A stretch of 64,000 bases of DNA from Macrostomum lignano. Its lineage: Eukaryota. Shown in pieces: positions 61,216 through 64,000 of this stretch. The position numbers and the translations under genes are program-made. Each line of letters starts with the position of its first letter. Within the stretch, counting starts at the first letter, position 1. Location: positions 1 to 64,000 of the forward strand of contig NIVC01003679.1 in assembly GCA_002269645.1 (NCBI GenBank), read 5' to 3'. The notes beneath the pieces were generated by a model. The model did no database searches. It had not been told where the DNA came from and worked only from the letters and a program-made list of their open reading frames with translations.

Positions 61216-62915
61216 TTAGCAGAATCTGCCAATCAAAGCCGCCACAACCGACAGCAGCAGTGTGGCGGGAATCGAAGGAGAGACAAAACCCACTGAACTG
61301 CTCAGGCAGTAGTTCTCCGCCCTGTACGAGCCGACGCAGAGCGAATACTTGATGACATGAGCAATGTACGACTGCTCATGGGTAGCGTGGAACAGGTGCG
61401 ACCCGGGACCCGAGCGTAGATGGGGACGTCCTCTGCGGCGTGCGATTCGATTGGAAAATTCACAACAGCTTGCTGCTTGTAGTTTTCCTGCTCGGTGTCA
61501 ACATCCGTGATGTTCGCCCGGGGCCGACCGACCGGTGCGCCGGGCCCGTCGCCGTAGAACAGGGGTGTGTAAGGAAGATCGTCGAAGCCGAGCGCTTCGC
61601 CCTTGCTGTTGAACCTATTGAAATAGGAGAACTTCACCTTGCCGAAGATTGGCTGGCCTCTGCGACCCCAGCCTCCGATGGAGAACACGTGACTGTGGTC
61701 GGCTGTCACAATTGTCAATGTGTCATCCGGTTTCGTCAACTCGCCAGCCGCCTTGATGGCCTTTTCGAACGCCAAAAGATCGTGCATCGACTTCTGCGCC
61801 AAGTTTTCATGATGGCCGTGATCAATTCGACCTCCTTCGACAAGCAGAGCGAACCCGTTCGGGTTCTGACTCAAAATCTCAATCGCCTTTCTCGTCATCT
61901 CCTCCAGAGTCGGCTCCTTCCCATCCTTTTGGTTGTCCAGGTCGTAGCGAAGATGGCTCATTGCGAACAGTCCAAAGTATGCAGCGTTGGGATCCGTCGG
62001 AGTGTCTTGCAGCTCCTTGCGAGTCTCCAGGTAGACCGGACGACGTCCATAGCCTTCCTGTCGCTGCTTCCATTTGTTGATGAGGTTTACCGAGTCGCTT
62101 CGGCTTCCGCTGACGTTTCTTCCAGTAATGGGATCGATTGTTATTTCGTTCTTTGGTAGAAACTTCAGCCGACCGCCTCCGAATATGACGGTATAGTTGA
62201 TGGCGTACTCAACCAGCTGCTCGGCAATGTCCGGGCACATCGAACGCTCATTAACATTCGGCACGTCGCTGTTCCTTTCCGTGTCGTCCTCCCAGTCCCT
62301 TGAAGCCGTGTGCGAGTACGCAGCTCCCGGAGTCGCGTGAGTGATCCTTGTGGTGGTGACGATGCCGACCGACTTGCCGAGCTGCTGAGCCTCATTCAGA
62401 AACGACATCACGTTGCGCTCTTTGAGCTGGGAAGTGCAGTTGCGACTAATTACCTGCTCGTTCACTCCCATGGTTCCAGACTTGGCCTTCACGCCGCACA
62501 GGAAGGCGGTGGCCGTCCCGGCGCTGTCCGGAGTCTGCATGTCCGTGTTGTACGTCTTTGAAAGACCAGTGTGTGGGAACCTCTCGAACTCCAGTATCTC
62601 CTCTTCGCCGCTGTTTCCTGCGAGCTGACCTTTGAGGATGCGTCCCACAGTGATCGAAGGCACTCCCATGCCGTCTCCGAGGAAGAGAATGGCGTTCTTC
62701 GCTCTGTTCTCCTTGGTCTGGCGCAAGACGTCAGTAGCGGTCTGCAGGTCCTGCTTGGCTATCTTGGCCCAGTGGCTCGGGTCGGAGCTCTGCCCTGGCT
62801 GCGGTCGAGTCTCCGGCAGCAGCTTGATGAAATCGCCATCCGGAAAGCTTTTGCAAACCGTAGCCAGAAGACTGCCAAGCAGAATGCTCGCTAAGAAGAA
62901 CTTTGCTTTCGCCAT
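61216..62915 (-). CDS. Second alkaline phosphatase paralog, intronless; one missing base at 61409-61411
   Basis: Same motifs as the first copy. Restoring one G gives GPGSHLFHATHEQSYIAH...YCLSSSVGFVSPSIPATLLLSVVAALIGRFC, ending at TAA 61216-61218. Confidence 0.93.
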
Positions 62916-63619
62916 TTGTTGTTCGCCGTTGGTTTAGTTGGCACTACTGCACTCGTCAATTTCGTCACTTTCGTGCTCAATCGCGCTTGCTCATTTTTTT
63001 CACCCAGCAATTTAGTTTTTTATACCAATGTTGTTGTCCACCCGATACCACACCCCTTTCAAGTAGGCCGATATCACGAGCTGCCTTCTTTTTGCTTTCC
63101 GAGTCAGTTTCATGCCCGATCACAGGTGACCGCAGCGGGTGACCCAGCAGTGACTCAGTAGCATTCAAATTCATTAAAATTTTAGAAAGTTTTTTCAAGG
63201 GTATGCTATGCCTTGCGCTGCTTTATCTGGCATTAGCAGCGACTATCGGTGCGCCGTGTGAATTTTCAACTGTGCAGGTAGTGACTCAGTGAGGTGACTC
63301 CAAGAGACTTTCTCTGACTAGAAAGCTTTGAGTTGCTTTGAAGCTGCAGTTGGCCATCACGGCCATCATGCAAGTTGTCTGTCCAAGTCGTAAAAAATGA
63401 TTATTTTCGAAGGTCAGATTTCTATTCTACCGTTTCACATTGTCATTTCTCGAGTCGACTTTCTTACGAGTAGTTGCAGGGCTGTCGTTGATGAGGACGT
63501 TGTTGGGTTTACTACAGAGCCCAGTGGTCTTTCACGGCTTCATGAGGTTGGGATGCTGGTGAAGGTTATGGTGGGGCGATCGCAGTTGTTAAGGACATAA
63601 GGTTTGGAGTTGATGCCAG

Positions 63620-64000
63620 CATAATAATAATAGCCACGGGAGTGGCCAAGAGGGGGGAGCGTCAAATCGCGCGTTTCAGAGCTAGGTCTCTAACGTGCTT
63701 CACACCCGGCCGCCTGGCTGGGTGCTCGCGCATCTTCAAAAAGGCGGTCGATGTAGCGGGCTGATCGTCCCTGGCCACGCCTGCGCGGTCCCTGCGGGGT
63801 CCACAACAGGACGTCCTGCAGCGGCTCTGGGCAGTAGGCTTCGGCCCGAATGACATGTCCGGCAAGCCGCAGACGCGGCTGACTCAGCAGGGCAGAAGGC
63901 CGCGTCAGGCCTGTGCGCTTGTACAGGGACTCGGTTGTCTCGCTACCAGGGCCGCGGCGGGCGCCGAAAGCGGCGCGGACTAGGGCCGCATGCGCCGCAT
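63620..64000 (-). mobile_element. 3' end of another RTE-like LINE (runs off the window)
   Basis: The minus frame reads ...LSQPRLRLAGHVIR...LLWTPQGPRRRGQ..., the RTE-type C-terminus; short TATTATTAT tail at ~63625. Confidence 0.7.

Overview
Animal genomic DNA with GC-rich exons, GT-AG introns and very dense mini/microsatellites. The overall character fits a free-living flatworm such as Macrostomum, but this is inference and cannot be verified here. All seven host genes lie on the minus strand: a partial ENTPD5/6-type apyrase, SAS-6 (6 exons), an intronless C-type lectin/PAN gene, TM2D3/almondex (2 exons), M-Ras (3 exons) and two tandem intronless GPI-anchored alkaline phosphatases. Mobile DNA: a head-to-tail pair of 4-kb non-autonomous Helitrons, two decayed RTE-like LINEs with multi-zinc-finger tails, a Ty3/Gypsy element with an extra solo LTR, a full-length EN-RT-RNaseH LINE with a 15-bp TSD, a Tc1/IS630 deletion derivative, a hAT-like MITE, a tRNA-derived SINE and a tyrosine-recombinase fragment. 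Three observations stand out. (1) TM2D3 has no in-frame ATG, but a splice acceptor sits exactly in frame, so a flatworm spliced-leader AUG could start it. (2) Two gene pairs (SAS-6 then ENTPD; M-Ras then TM2D3) share an operon-like layout. (3) Each pair is headed by a sharply bounded ~3-kb CpG desert whose embedded repeats show directional C:G>T:A decay. Three single-base frameshifts in otherwise intact ORFs fall in homopolymers and are probably sequencing errors.
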